Positions 42,661-51,847 are shown, counted from the first letter of the stretch. The stretch: 64,000 nucleotides of DNA from an uncultured Desulfospira sp. (GCA_963663165.1 OY760175.1:1760001-1824000), one strand, 5' to 3'. Numbers and translations: made by a program. The notes: generated by a model from the sequence alone, not told the origin.

Positions 42661-42930
42661 CTAAGGAAAATACTTATAAATTTCACCCCGATGCAGGAAC
42701 CTGACAAAGCAGACGGTATCCTCTTCAATAACAAGGCCCAGGCGGTAGTCACCCATTCTGATACGGTAGTGGCTGCCCTGGGCCTTTAATTTTTTAAGGT
42801 TCCGGATCGCGTGGATGTCCGGGGCCTCTTCCACTTCCTGTATGATCTGCCGGACCCGGTCGAGCAACGGCCTGTCTGTTTTGCGTTTTTTTAAGTCCTT
42901 GGCAAAACTCTTTTTAAAATCGAGGATCAC
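42661..42930 (-). CDS. RelE/ParE family type II toxin
   Basis: KSFAKDLKK...YRIRMGDYRLG...HRGEIYKYFP. Confidence 0.88.
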   Translation of the reverse strand: MILDFKKSFAKDLKKRKTDRPLLDRVRQIIQEVEEAPDIHAIRNLKKLKAQGSHYRIRMGDYRLGLVIEEDTVCFVRFLHRGEIYKYFP

Positions 42931-43133
42931 GCCCGGCCTTCCAGTATATGAAATATCTCTTCTTTTGTGGCGGTGCCGGTGTTTTGCCCTTCCTGGATCG
43001 CCCGGCTCAGGGCAATGTCTTCCATGGCATCCACGATCATGTCATGGAAGATGTTCTGTTTTTCTTCGAGCATCTCGACAAGCGCTTCCTTGAAGACCTG
43101 TTTGAGCCTGCCCTCATCCATTACGGTCTGCAT
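42927..43133 (-). CDS. Putative antitoxin for RelE
   Basis: 68 aa acidic ORF overlapping the toxin start by 4 bp; EDIALSRAIQEG. Confidence 0.75.
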   Translation of the reverse strand: MQTVMDEGRLKQVFKEALVEMLEEKQNIFHDMIVDAMEDIALSRAIQEGQNTGTATKEEIFHILEGRA

Positions 43134-43152
43134 GGCGTCTCCTTACAAACAA

Positions 43153-43524
43153 TTAGGCCCGGGCCAGTTGTTCAAACTTATATTTTTTGATGAATGCATC
43201 CAGCAGGCTGGTCAGTACCTGCTGGTCTTCTTCGGGAAGCTGCTCTATCGCTTCGATATGCTTGAGAAGCTCCCGGCTTTTGATCTTGTTGATTGCCACG
43301 TTTGCTTCATCCCGCAGCAGGTAATCCAGGCTGACGTCAAACACGGAAGCAATTTTAACGACCATGTTGGTGGGCGGACAAACCACCCCCCGTTCGTATT
43401 TGGATATCAACTGGACATTCACGCCCAGTTTGTTGCCGAGCTGCCCCTGGGACAAGCCCCGGCCCTGGCGCAGTTTTTTTAACTTATCAGGCAATCCGGA
43501 TATAATGGCTTTGCTGTTATTCAT
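43153..43524 (-). CDS. Xre-family HTH repressor
   Basis: LKKLRQGRGLSQGQLG...ISKYERG...VSLDYLL; AAGGAGG RBS before ATG 43524; divergent from the primase operon. Confidence 0.88.
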   Translation of the reverse strand: MNNSKAIISGLPDKLKKLRQGRGLSQGQLGNKLGVNVQLISKYERGVVCPPTNMVVKIASVFDVSLDYLLRDEANVAINKIKSRELLKHIEAIEQLPEEDQQVLTSLLDAFIKKYKFEQLARA

Positions 43525-43684
43525 AAGCTCCTCCTTGCCTGTATTCTCTATAAATATGGGGCTGTGTGCAAACATATTTTTTCTTGACAATAACTTTAAA
43601 GGATACTAACTAAGCATATAAAGTTATGCTTTTTGTCGTAAAAAGCAAGTTTATTTTGATATCAGGGATGTTTTTAGAAAAGAA

Positions 43685-43726
43685 GGCCATCAACCCGAAC
43701 TCGCCAAAGTCAACCGGTTGATGGCC
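43685..43726. promoter_or_regulatory. Stem-loop in the Xre/primase divergent intergenic region
   Basis: ggccatcaacc-N20-ggttgatggcc, a perfect 11 bp stem. Confidence 0.5.
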
Positions 43727-43830
43727 GAAAAAAACAAATCACAAAAGGCAAAGCCCGTTTGTAACCGTTTTCTTTTTCTATCATATCTCCCGGTAAAAAT
43801 TCAATCTGTGTAATCAAGGGAGGTGAACCT

Positions 43831-44142
43831 GTGACATTTACCCAACGGTTCTACGAGATCGCCTGCATGTTCCCGGTGATGACCAGCAAAGGCGTACAGC
43901 AAGGCGATATCCCCGGCATCAGGAAGGATCGGTTCTGTGCTGATGACCTGGCCGGGTTTGTCTATGAGGGCGGCGGCAGGGCCTGGAGCACCGGAGAAAA
44001 GCTTGTATTAGAATTTCTGCTGAATCTGTACAACCCGGGAGCCTTTGACAAGTTCAACATCGGCTTTGCCATGAACGTATGGGACCCCACCCATATGAGA
44101 GCCTGTTTTAAGGCCATGGCAAGGATTTACAGCGGAGAGTGA
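43831..44142 (+). CDS. Hypothetical protein of the element
   Basis: Strong RBS (ggaggtg) before GTG; first gene of the primase operon. Confidence 0.7.
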   Translation: MTFTQRFYEIACMFPVMTSKGVQQGDIPGIRKDRFCADDLAGFVYEGGGRAWSTGEKLVLEFLLNLYNPGAFDKFNIGFAMNVWDPTHMRACFKAMARIYSGE

Positions 44143-44182
44143 CCCATGAACAGACAACGCCTTCGGAACAGCGGGATAAAAC

Positions 44183-46855
44183 ATGATAGAAAAAGAGACC
44201 ATAGAACGGATCAAAACATCTGTAGACCTTAAATCCCTGGTGGAGTCCAGGGGTATCGAACTCAAAAAAAACGGCAAGGGCTGGTTCGGCCTGTGCCCCT
44301 TCCATGATGACAAAACCCCGTCTTTATCCGTCACCCCGTCCAAAAACGAATGGCACTGCTTTGGTTGCGGTGCCGGAGGAGATGTGATCCGGTTTGTGGA
44401 GATGTTTGACCGGGTGGATTTTAAAGAGGCGGTTAGACGGCTTGGCGGTGATGAGGTAGAAAAAACCGCAGTTAAAATAAAAAAAGAGGACCCGGCCCCG
44501 AAACTGACACCCGGCCATATCAAGCTGTTCAACCGGGTTATTGAATTTTACCACGAAGCCTTTGCCGAAGATGGCCGGGCACGGCAGTACCTGAAAGGAC
44601 GGGGCATCACGGATAACTCCCTGCCTTCCGACCACCGGATCGGCTTTGCCAACGGCTCCCTGCTGAACGTGCTGCCCAATGATGCCAAAATCACAGGGCA
44701 GTTAAAAGATCTGGGCATCCTGAACGTCAACGGGAAGGAGCATTTTTACGGCTGTGCCGTGTTCCCGCTCTACGATTTTAACGGGAACCCTGCCGGGATG
44801 TATGGCCGCCGTATTGACGGCATGACCCAAGGCGCCGGCCATCTGTATCTTCCCGGCAGCCGGGAAGGTCTGTTCAACCGCCAGGCAGCCAAGGCCCACA
44901 AAAAGATTATCCTTACAGAATCCGTTCTGGACAGCCTGACCCTGATCAATGCCGGGTTTAAAAACACCATCCCGTGTTACGGCACCAACGGCCTGACCCA
45001 ATCCCATATCAAGTGGCTTACACAAACCCAGGTAGAAACCGTCTACATATGTTTTGACGCAGACGAGGCAGGCCAGGCCGCCACGCCTGTGGTTGGTGAG
45101 CACTTAACCCAAGCCGGGATCACCACGCACCCCATAACACTTCCCAACGGCCAGGACATCAATGATTTTTTTCTTTTAACCGCCAATCCCAAAGAGGGGT
45201 TCAACGCCCTGATTGGTCAGGCCAACCCTGCGGTTAAAAAAGAAAAGGACCTGAAAGTTACCAAAACAGATTTTGGCTTTACCATGGCGGTTGCCGACCG
45301 CAGATACGAGGTCCGGGGGATCAGCAAAAAAGGCGGCAAGCTTAAGGCCACGGTCAAGGGCATTGACCCTAAAAAACGCATGCACGTAGACACCGTGGAT
45401 TTTTACTCGGCACGGTCCAGGACCTTTCTTCTCAAGGGACTGGCTGACCTGTTCGGCGCAGACGAGGCTGCCGTTACCCAGGACCTTGCCAAGCTGACGG
45501 AACAGGCCGAACAAAACCAGGTTCCGGATCAGGACAACAAGGCTGCCACAGCCATGACGTTCCAGGACAAGACCGAAGCCTTGCGGTTCCTGGAGAACCC
45601 GGACATGTTCGCTGAGATCCTCACCGATTTTGAAACCCTTGGCTACACCGGAGAAGAGATGAACAAGCTGCTCTGCTACGTGGCGGCGATCTCCCGCAAG
45701 ATGGATCACCCCCTGTCGGTCATGATCCAGTCCAGGTCCGCCGCAGGCAAGTCCTATCTCCAGGACACGGCCCTGTCCCTTGTGCCCAAAGAAGATTATA
45801 TCAAGTACACCCGGCTGACGGACCAGGCCCTGTTTTACACGGGCAAGGAGAGTCTGAAGCACAAAATCCTTGCCATTGAAGAACTGGACGGCATGAACGG
45901 GGCCATCTACTCTATCCGCAGCATCCAAAGTTCCAAGGAGATCACCATTGCCTATACGGGCAAGGACAGTGCCACCGGCGAACAACGAACCATGGAGAAC
46001 AAGGTGGAAGGGCCGTTGATGGTCTTTATCACCACCACCCAGGTGGACATTGACGGAGAAACCGCATCCAGGTTCGTGTTCATCTCCATTGACGAATCCG
46101 AAGACATGACCAAAAAAGTCCTGGCCAAGCAGCGGCAGACCCACACCATGCAGGGCATGCTCAACAAGCTCAAATCAGAAGAGATTATTAAAAAGCACCA
46201 TAATGCCAACCGGATGATGCGGCCCCTTCATGTGTTCAACCCCTATGCCGAATTGCTGACCTTTACCAGCAGGTCTTTAAGGGCCAGAAGGGATCACACC
46301 AAATACCTGAACCTGATATCAGCCGTGGCCTACCTGTTCCAGTACCAGAAAAAGGTGCAGACCTTTGAATTTAAGGACCAGTCCATTGAATACGTGAACG
46401 TCACCCTGGCCGACATAGAAAAGGCCAACACCATTGCCAACTACGTTTTGGGCAGAAGCCTGGATGATCTAAGCCCCCCTTCAAGGAAACTGCTCATGCT
46501 GATCCGGCAGATGTGCCGGGACAAAAAAGAAGACTTCCATTTTAACCGCCGCCAGATCCGGGAGTACAGCGGATGGAGCGACTTCCAGGTCAGGACCCAT
46601 ATTCGGCAGCTTGAAGACCTGGAGTACATCTACTCGCTCATGGGCAAACGGGGCAAAGAATACGTTTACGAACTGGCCTACAACGGCGAAGGAGACGACG
46701 GTAAACCCTTTGTGATCGGGCTTACAGACATTAAGCAGTTAAAAGAAAAAGCCAAAGAAGCCGGTATCACCGATGACAACGAGGGGGAAAATTACAACTA
46801 CGAGCATGAAGGCGTTAACTACGAGGGTGGTTCAAGCCCCCATAGAGGGCACTAA
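44183..46855 (+). CDS. CHC2 zinc-finger/Toprim DNA primase fused to P-loop NTPase (primase-helicase)
   Basis: CPFHDD...CFGC zinc finger; TESVLD and FDAD Toprim motifs; SRSAAGKS Walker A-like; IEELD Walker B-like. Confidence 0.88.
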   Translation: MIEKETIERIKTSVDLKSLVESRGIELKKNGKGWFGLCPFHDDKTPSLSVTPSKNEWHCFGCGAGGDVIRFVEMFDRVDFKEAVRRLGGDEVEKTAVKIKKEDPAPKLTPGHIKLFNRVIEFYHEAFAEDGRARQYLKGRGITDNSLPSDHRIGFANGSLLNVLPNDAKITGQLKDLGILNVNGKEHFYGCAVFPLYDFNGNPAGMYGRRIDGMTQGAGHLYLPGSREGLFNRQAAKAHKKIILTESVLDSLTLINAGFKNTIPCYGTNGLTQSHIKWLTQTQVETVYICFDADEAGQAATPVVGEHLTQAGITTHPITLPNGQDINDFFLLTANPKEGFNALIGQANPAVKKEKDLKVTKTDFGFTMAVADRRYEVRGISKKGGKLKATVKGIDPKKRMHVDTVDFYSARSRTFLLKGLADLFGADEAAVTQDLAKLTEQAEQNQVPDQDNKAATAMTFQDKTEALRFLENPDMFAEILTDFETLGYTGEEMNKLLCYVAAISRKMDHPLSVMIQSRSAAGKSYLQDTALSLVPKEDYIKYTRLTDQALFYTGKESLKHKILAIEELDGMNGAIYSIRSIQSSKEITIAYTGKDSATGEQRTMENKVEGPLMVFITTTQVDIDGETASRFVFISIDESEDMTKKVLAKQRQTHTMQGMLNKLKSEEIIKKHHNANRMMRPLHVFNPYAELLTFTSRSLRARRDHTKYLNLISAVAYLFQYQKKVQTFEFKDQSIEYVNVTLADIEKANTIANYVLGRSLDDLSPPSRKLLMLIRQMCRDKKEDFHFNRRQIREYSGWSDFQVRTHIRQLEDLEYIYSLMGKRGKEYVYELAYNGEGDDGKPFVIGLTDIKQLKEKAKEAGITDDNEGENYNYEHEGVNYEGGSSPHRGH
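46775..46837 (+). repeat. Three 21-bp-spaced iteron-like repeats in the primase 3' end
   Basis: gacaacgag / aactacgag / aactacgag, with CGAG at 46780, 46801 and 46822. Confidence 0.45.
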
Positions 46856-46958
46856 GTGATTTTTCTTTTAACCGCTAAAAAGCCCTTATACCAAGGCATT
46901 GAAACGAATATACCCCCAAGTTCGAGGCAACCGGGGCAAAAGTAATTAAGGAGCAAGC

Positions 46959-47150
46959 ATGACATTTATAGAAGCCGTAAGGGAACTTGACCTGAAAGAT
47001 CCGTTGACCCGGGAGCCTGTACGCCCAAGTGAACTGATACGGATACTCAAGGAAGATGTTGTTCTGTCTGTGGAGCGGCCCGGCTCCTGGGAAGGGTCGA
47101 ATATGCTGGAGGTACTGACCAGCCACGGCTTTTTTACCCATCAGGATTGA
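46959..47150 (+). CDS. Small hypothetical protein
   Basis: AAGGAG RBS; fills the gap between the primase and the first recombinase. Confidence 0.6.
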   Translation: MTFIEAVRELDLKDPLTREPVRPSELIRILKEDVVLSVERPGSWEGSNMLEVLTSHGFFTHQD

Positions 47151-47161
47151 AAGGAGGGAAT

Positions 47162-48124
47162 ATGGTTAAAAACCTGTTGTTCCGGTTCCGGGAAAACCTC
47201 AGGGTGACAGGCAGAAGCCCGTCAACAGTAAAGGCATATGCCATGCACACAAGGGATTTTTTTGATGTCATGGAGATCAGGGCTGTTAAAAAGGTTACCA
47301 CGCCTGTTATAGAATCCTGGATCGCAGGGCTGCGTGACTCAAAGAGTGCCAAGGGCAAGCCTTACAGTGATGCAACCATCCAAATTAAGATACGCTCAAT
47401 CAAGCGGTTTTTTGAGTTTCTGGAGAGGACCAACATTATCTTTATCAATCCTGCAGAGTTTATCAAGGAATCCAAAGTAAAGACCCCGATCAAGCCGGCA
47501 CTGACTTTTGAAGAAGCGAAACGGATACTGGACCAGCCAAACTTAAGCACAATAACCGGCATCCGGGACCGGACCATACTGGAGGTTTTTTACACCACCG
47601 GGATACGGCTCAACGAGTTATGTTCCCTGACCATTTATGACGCAGATCTGCAGGGCGGTGTGCTGCGGATCAACAAGGGCAAAGGAGCCAGGGACCGGGT
47701 GGTGCCCTTAGGCAAACATGCAGTCAAGTTCCTGCGGGAGTATATCTCCAAGGTCAGGCCTAGGTTTGCCAAAAAAAACAGGACCTGCCGATCCCTGTTT
47801 ATGGGTTCTTTGGGCAAGCCCGTGTCCAAGGCGGTTGTAGCCTTCATGATCCTTAAAAACCGGAAAGCGGCTAAAATAAAAAAACAAGTTACTGCCCACA
47901 CGTTCCGCCACACCTTTGCAACGGTGCTGGTAAAAAACGGTGCGGACATCCGGGCGGTCCAGAAGATGCTGGGCCATGTGGATATCAGAACCACCCAAGG
48001 TTATATCCGGTCCCTGGGCCTGGATATTAAAAAGGAACACCGGAAAACCCATCCAAGGGAAAAGGACAAAGAAAACATCACCAACCCCAGGATAAAAGGG
48101 ATTATGGATCATCATGAAAGATAA
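47162..48124 (+). CDS. XerC/D-like tyrosine recombinase 1
   Basis: GIRLNE, HTFRH, LGH and TTQGY catalytic motifs; AAGGAGG RBS. Confidence 0.92.
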   Translation: MVKNLLFRFRENLRVTGRSPSTVKAYAMHTRDFFDVMEIRAVKKVTTPVIESWIAGLRDSKSAKGKPYSDATIQIKIRSIKRFFEFLERTNIIFINPAEFIKESKVKTPIKPALTFEEAKRILDQPNLSTITGIRDRTILEVFYTTGIRLNELCSLTIYDADLQGGVLRINKGKGARDRVVPLGKHAVKFLREYISKVRPRFAKKNRTCRSLFMGSLGKPVSKAVVAFMILKNRKAAKIKKQVTAHTFRHTFATVLVKNGADIRAVQKMLGHVDIRTTQGYIRSLGLDIKKEHRKTHPREKDKENITNPRIKGIMDHHER

Positions 48125-49049
48125 TCCGTTCAAGCCGTATATTGATCAGTTCCGGCTGGCCCTGAAGGTCCGGAACCTGACCGGCAAGACCATTGAACAA
48201 ATCTGTTGGAAGCTGGGCAGGTTCACGGCCTGGCTGATGGAAAGCCAGGTCTTGTCTGTTGACGCCATCACCAAGGATGCGGTCAGGTCCTACCAGGTGG
48301 AGCTTTACCAGGCAATCAATGCAAGAGGCAGGCAGAACGGCGTGGCCTATCAAAATTCTATGATGTCTGCGGTCCGGCAGTTCACAAGGTTCCTGTATGA
48401 AAGGGACTTTATCGTGTCTGACCCGGCAAGGGACATCCAGTATGCCAAAATACCTAAAGCCCTGCCCAAGGGGATATTGAGCCCGGCGGAAGCCAGAAAG
48501 ATCATCCATGCCCCTGATATTACCAGCGTAATCGGATACCGGGACCGGGTGATCCTGGAGGTGCTTTATACCAGCGGTATCCGCAAAGAGGAGCTAAACC
48601 ACCTGACCCTGGCCGATGTGGACTGCCATGACGGTTTTTTGAGGATAGACAACGGCAAAGGGCAAAAGGACCGGATCGTCCCCTTGGGCCGGATCGCCTG
48701 CCGGTATCTTGAAAATTATATCACATCCGTCCGTCCGGAACTGATCAGGGACCCGTACAACACCCACCTGTTCCTATCCCTGAGAGGCAACCGGCTGTCT
48801 AAAAACGTGGTATGGGCACTGGTGAAAAAATACGCCAAAAAGGCAAAGATACGAAAAAACGTCCATCCCCATACGTTCCGGCACTCCTGCGCAACCGGCA
48901 TGTTGAAAAACAAGGCGGATCTAAACACCATCCGCAAGCTTTTGGGCCATACATCATTGAATACCACACAGATCTATACCCACCTGAATATCACAGAGTT
49001 AAAGGCGGTTCACAAGCAATGCCATCCCCGGGAGAAAGACAGAGAGTAG
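48114..49049 (+). CDS. XerC/D-like tyrosine recombinase 2
   Basis: GIRKEE, HTFRH, LGH, TTQIY; overlaps recombinase 1; both end in HPREKD. Confidence 0.92.
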   Translation: MKDNPFKPYIDQFRLALKVRNLTGKTIEQICWKLGRFTAWLMESQVLSVDAITKDAVRSYQVELYQAINARGRQNGVAYQNSMMSAVRQFTRFLYERDFIVSDPARDIQYAKIPKALPKGILSPAEARKIIHAPDITSVIGYRDRVILEVLYTSGIRKEELNHLTLADVDCHDGFLRIDNGKGQKDRIVPLGRIACRYLENYITSVRPELIRDPYNTHLFLSLRGNRLSKNVVWALVKKYAKKAKIRKNVHPHTFRHSCATGMLKNKADLNTIRKLLGHTSLNTTQIYTHLNITELKAVHKQCHPREKDRE

Positions 49050-49052
49050 TTG

Positions 49053-49541
49053 TTTTTTCTTTTAACTGCGGTTTTTAAACAAGGATCGTCTCCGGTGCTC
49101 GGGCTTCACCCCTGGCGGGGTTCCGCTCCCTGCGCCCGGAGCCGGCCCTATTTTATGCCCACCCAACCACCCTTTAAATGCGGATGGCTGCGCCGCCTTA
49201 TTTTATATCCCCGCCCGCCCGGCGGAAGGGCTGTTCCGGCGCTACGGGCACGCCGGTCGCTCCACATTGCGTAAAGTCGTTGCGTTCGGCGTGTCCGATA
49301 AGGCGGCCTTATCAGACACGGCCGGTCCGTCACAGGTCTTGCAAACTGCCGCAATACCCGCGCCGGACCGCCTTCCCTCTCTACACTAGACATAACAAAC
49401 ATTATGTCTCCTTTGCGCAATGCTCCGCTTCCTTTGCGCCCTGCGCACCTCCACAACCCTTCCGCTCCCCTTAAAAAAGGATGAAACCCCATTTTATATG
49501 CCGGCTGACGCCAGCACCAAGCATGCAGTTAAAAGAAAAAA
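49053..49541. other. GC-rich non-coding segment closed by a perfect 17 bp inverted repeat
   Basis: ttttttcttttaactgc (49053-49069) / gcagttaaaagaaaaaa (49525-49541). Confidence 0.6.
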
Positions 49542-49728
49542 ACCATCCTCAATTTTATTTTTAACAGCCTGGGAAATCCTTTGATCAAAGGCTCAATCCA
49601 TAGTATGAATCACCAAAGAAGCAGTGGCAGAGTTTGGTTACGCTGAAATTAATTTTAGGTAAAAAACAGTTCTTTTACAACTTGGATAATCCGGATGGAA
49701 GGCTTGCCAATAAAGAGATTGCGCTTGG

Positions 49729-50619
49729 TTGGCAAAATCGTCTAATGGGATTATTTGTTCAAACAATCCATTGAGGTTCACAGATCCTGATGGCTTGATG
49801 GCGAAAAATACTGTTCAATGGATGTCTGATCATCCTATCCCTGGTCCGGACGACCTTTTATCGAGCGGCTTGCATTATCTATCAGATTCATTGGGGCAAC
49901 AAACAACTACAAATTGGGGGGATCAATTAGGGGCAACTATTTTAAAAACAACTGTTGATGTTGGCGCGGGTATTGTTGATTCTCCTGAAGCCTTGGCAAA
50001 TCAGACTTATGAATGGTCCAGAGATATTACAAATTGGAATAAATTACCAATATTGGGGACTAATGCTGTTGCTATGGCTAAGACAACCTCGGATTTTATT
50101 AATAATCCAAACTGGACAACAGGTTCTCAAATGGTTGGGGCATATTCTAGTGCGGTTTTATTAACTATAGGGGGAACGCAGCTCTTAAAAGGGCCTATTG
50201 GAAACATTGGGTCTAAAAATAAAGCAATAGGACTTGTTAAAAATGAATATCAAAATCTTATTTCTTCTGGGATGAGTCATCGAGAAATTGGCCCTGCCAT
50301 TTCAATCGCTCGAGATATGAAAGCTGGAAAATTTAGCCAAATTTATCGCAATGATTCGCTTGGCAACATGCCTTCAAATTTAAGCGATCCTATTGCCATC
50401 AGACTTTACAGTGCACCAGAGTATATAAAAACAAAAGGAATTGCTTCTCATTCTGAAATATATGCCGTAGATGAATTGCTAAAAGCAAGACCGAAAGCTG
50501 CGCTTGAAGATATCTCGGTGTTTACAATGGAGGTTAAAAAAGCATCATTACGCGGAACTTATAAACCTGCTTGTCCACATTGTGCTCATTTATTAGAAGG
50601 AGTTGACTACATTAAATAA
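49729..50619 (+). CDS. Orphan Rhs CT: YwqJ-like deaminase toxin
   Basis: Rhs homology begins at 49756 (CSNNPLRFTDPDGLMAK); zinc deaminase motifs HSE and PACPHC. Confidence 0.82.
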   Translation: MAKSSNGIICSNNPLRFTDPDGLMAKNTVQWMSDHPIPGPDDLLSSGLHYLSDSLGQQTTTNWGDQLGATILKTTVDVGAGIVDSPEALANQTYEWSRDITNWNKLPILGTNAVAMAKTTSDFINNPNWTTGSQMVGAYSSAVLLTIGGTQLLKGPIGNIGSKNKAIGLVKNEYQNLISSGMSHREIGPAISIARDMKAGKFSQIYRNDSLGNMPSNLSDPIAIRLYSAPEYIKTKGIASHSEIYAVDELLKARPKAALEDISVFTMEVKKASLRGTYKPACPHCAHLLEGVDYIK

Positions 50620-50634
50620 TATGGATTACAGACA

Positions 50635-51033
50635 ATGACAAATAGAGTTAATGAAAATTATTTGGATTTCGATGGTGACCAAAGTATTCTTGACGGGAAA
50701 CCATTTACAGGCATTGGTTTTCTTGAACATCCTGATCATTCTCTGAAAAGAGAGTTCAACTATTTAGATGGATTTGAACATGGCTTATGCCAAGAATGGT
50801 ACTCCAACGGGCAGCTAAAGCGCAAATGGACAGCAGTACGTGGACAAGCAAAAGGAACAGTATATCAGTGGCATGAAAACGGAGAAAAAAAATCGGTAGG
50901 AGAATACGATTTCGGCGTTGAGACAGCATATAAGGAATGGGATGAAAAAGGGGAATTAATTATCGATAGAAAAATCGATGAAAATTCAAATCTTTATAGC
51001 TATTTAATGGATATGAAGGAGAAGCGGGGTTAA
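50635..51033 (+). CDS. YwqK-family (MORN-variant repeat) immunity protein
   Basis: DGKPFTG, HGLCQEWYSNGQLK and WHENGEKK repeats; directly after the deaminase. Confidence 0.85.
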   Translation: MTNRVNENYLDFDGDQSILDGKPFTGIGFLEHPDHSLKREFNYLDGFEHGLCQEWYSNGQLKRKWTAVRGQAKGTVYQWHENGEKKSVGEYDFGVETAYKEWDEKGELIIDRKIDENSNLYSYLMDMKEKRG

Positions 51034-51050
51034 ATACGGTGAAAAATAAG

Positions 51051-51551
51051 TTATAAAGGGTTTTTGCTAATTTGATCAACGTGTTTTAAGAGAGTCGGGA
51101 TTCTATATTTTCCGTGCATTTGAGAAATATGTTTTGCGGCAAGTTGCTGATCAATACCTGCGGCCGTAATATAGAGGGGTTTTTTACTTTTCCCTCTAAC
51201 GATTTTATCAGCCATATCGGATTGTTTGAAGCTGTTTTTAGCAACTCCGATTATTGGGGTTTTTTGATTCAATTTATTGTATAGATGAGCTCCTAAGCCC
51301 GGAGATTGGTGGATATCTAACCATACATAGCCATCAATTAAAATAAACTCAGGTGATTCAGGGATAAGTTTTAAGACTTTAAGAATACACGGCAGCTCTC
51401 GGAGATAAAATTGCCCTGGGACATACGGTTCGATTTTAAAAACTGTTGTATGGAATTGAGCAGTAGGGCTTGAGTCAGTCCATTCTTTAAACAATATGCA
51501 TGCGGCAACTGCCTGGTGATCGTAATAATGAACGTCTACACAAGCTATCAT
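51051..51551 (-). CDS. Endonuclease V family protein
   Basis: CVDVHY, YVPGQFYLRELP, LIDGYV, GLGAHL, IGVAK, RIPTLLK. Confidence 0.85.
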   Translation of the reverse strand: MIACVDVHYYDHQAVAACILFKEWTDSSPTAQFHTTVFKIEPYVPGQFYLRELPCILKVLKLIPESPEFILIDGYVWLDIHQSPGLGAHLYNKLNQKTPIIGVAKNSFKQSDMADKIVRGKSKKPLYITAAGIDQQLAAKHISQMHGKYRIPTLLKHVDQISKNPL

Positions 51552-51620
51552 CAGGTCTTATTTACCTTTTTTGATTTTAGCGTTAATTCGGTCGGTTTTG
51601 TACCGGTCCCGGGTAACGCT

Positions 51621-51847
51621 AAATATAAGATTTTACCAACCTAAGGAAAATACTTATAAATTTCACCCCGATGCAGGAACCTGACAAAGCAGACGGTATC
51701 CTCTTCAATAACAAGGCCCAGGCGGTAGTCATCCATCCTGATACGGTAGTGGCTGCCCTGGGCCTTTAACTTTTTAAAGTTCCGGATCGCGTGGATGTCC
51801 GGGGCCTCTTCCACTCCCTGTATGATCTGCCGGACCCGGTCAAGCAA
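51621..51847 (-). pseudogene. 5'-truncated duplicate of relE
   Basis: Near-identical to 42641-42867 (offset 8980); lacks the N-terminal codons and the antitoxin. Confidence 0.85.

Larger units (their letters stand above)
42641..51620. mobile_element. Putative integrative element: RelE TA, Xre, primase-helicase, two tyrosine recombinases, Rhs-CT/immunity, EndoV; bounded by a ~227 bp relE direct repeat
   Basis: Gene content, plus the direct repeat 42641-42867 / 51621-51847. Boundaries are inferred. Confidence 0.65.

Noticed and set aside
47162..49049. Recombinases as chromosomal xerC/xerD or an integron integrase
   Set aside because: They are tandem in a primase-containing element, I see no IntI-specific insertion, and there is no convincing attC array.
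49050..49492. ORFs 49050-49274, 49148-49492 and 49178-49474
   Set aside because: Arg/Pro-rich, mutually overlapping, no RBS or motifs; better explained as structured non-coding DNA.
9214..50619. Diversity-generating retroelement or T6SS locus
   Set aside because: No reverse transcriptase, no adenine-specific repeat pair, and no PAAR, VgrG or Hcp genes are visible.
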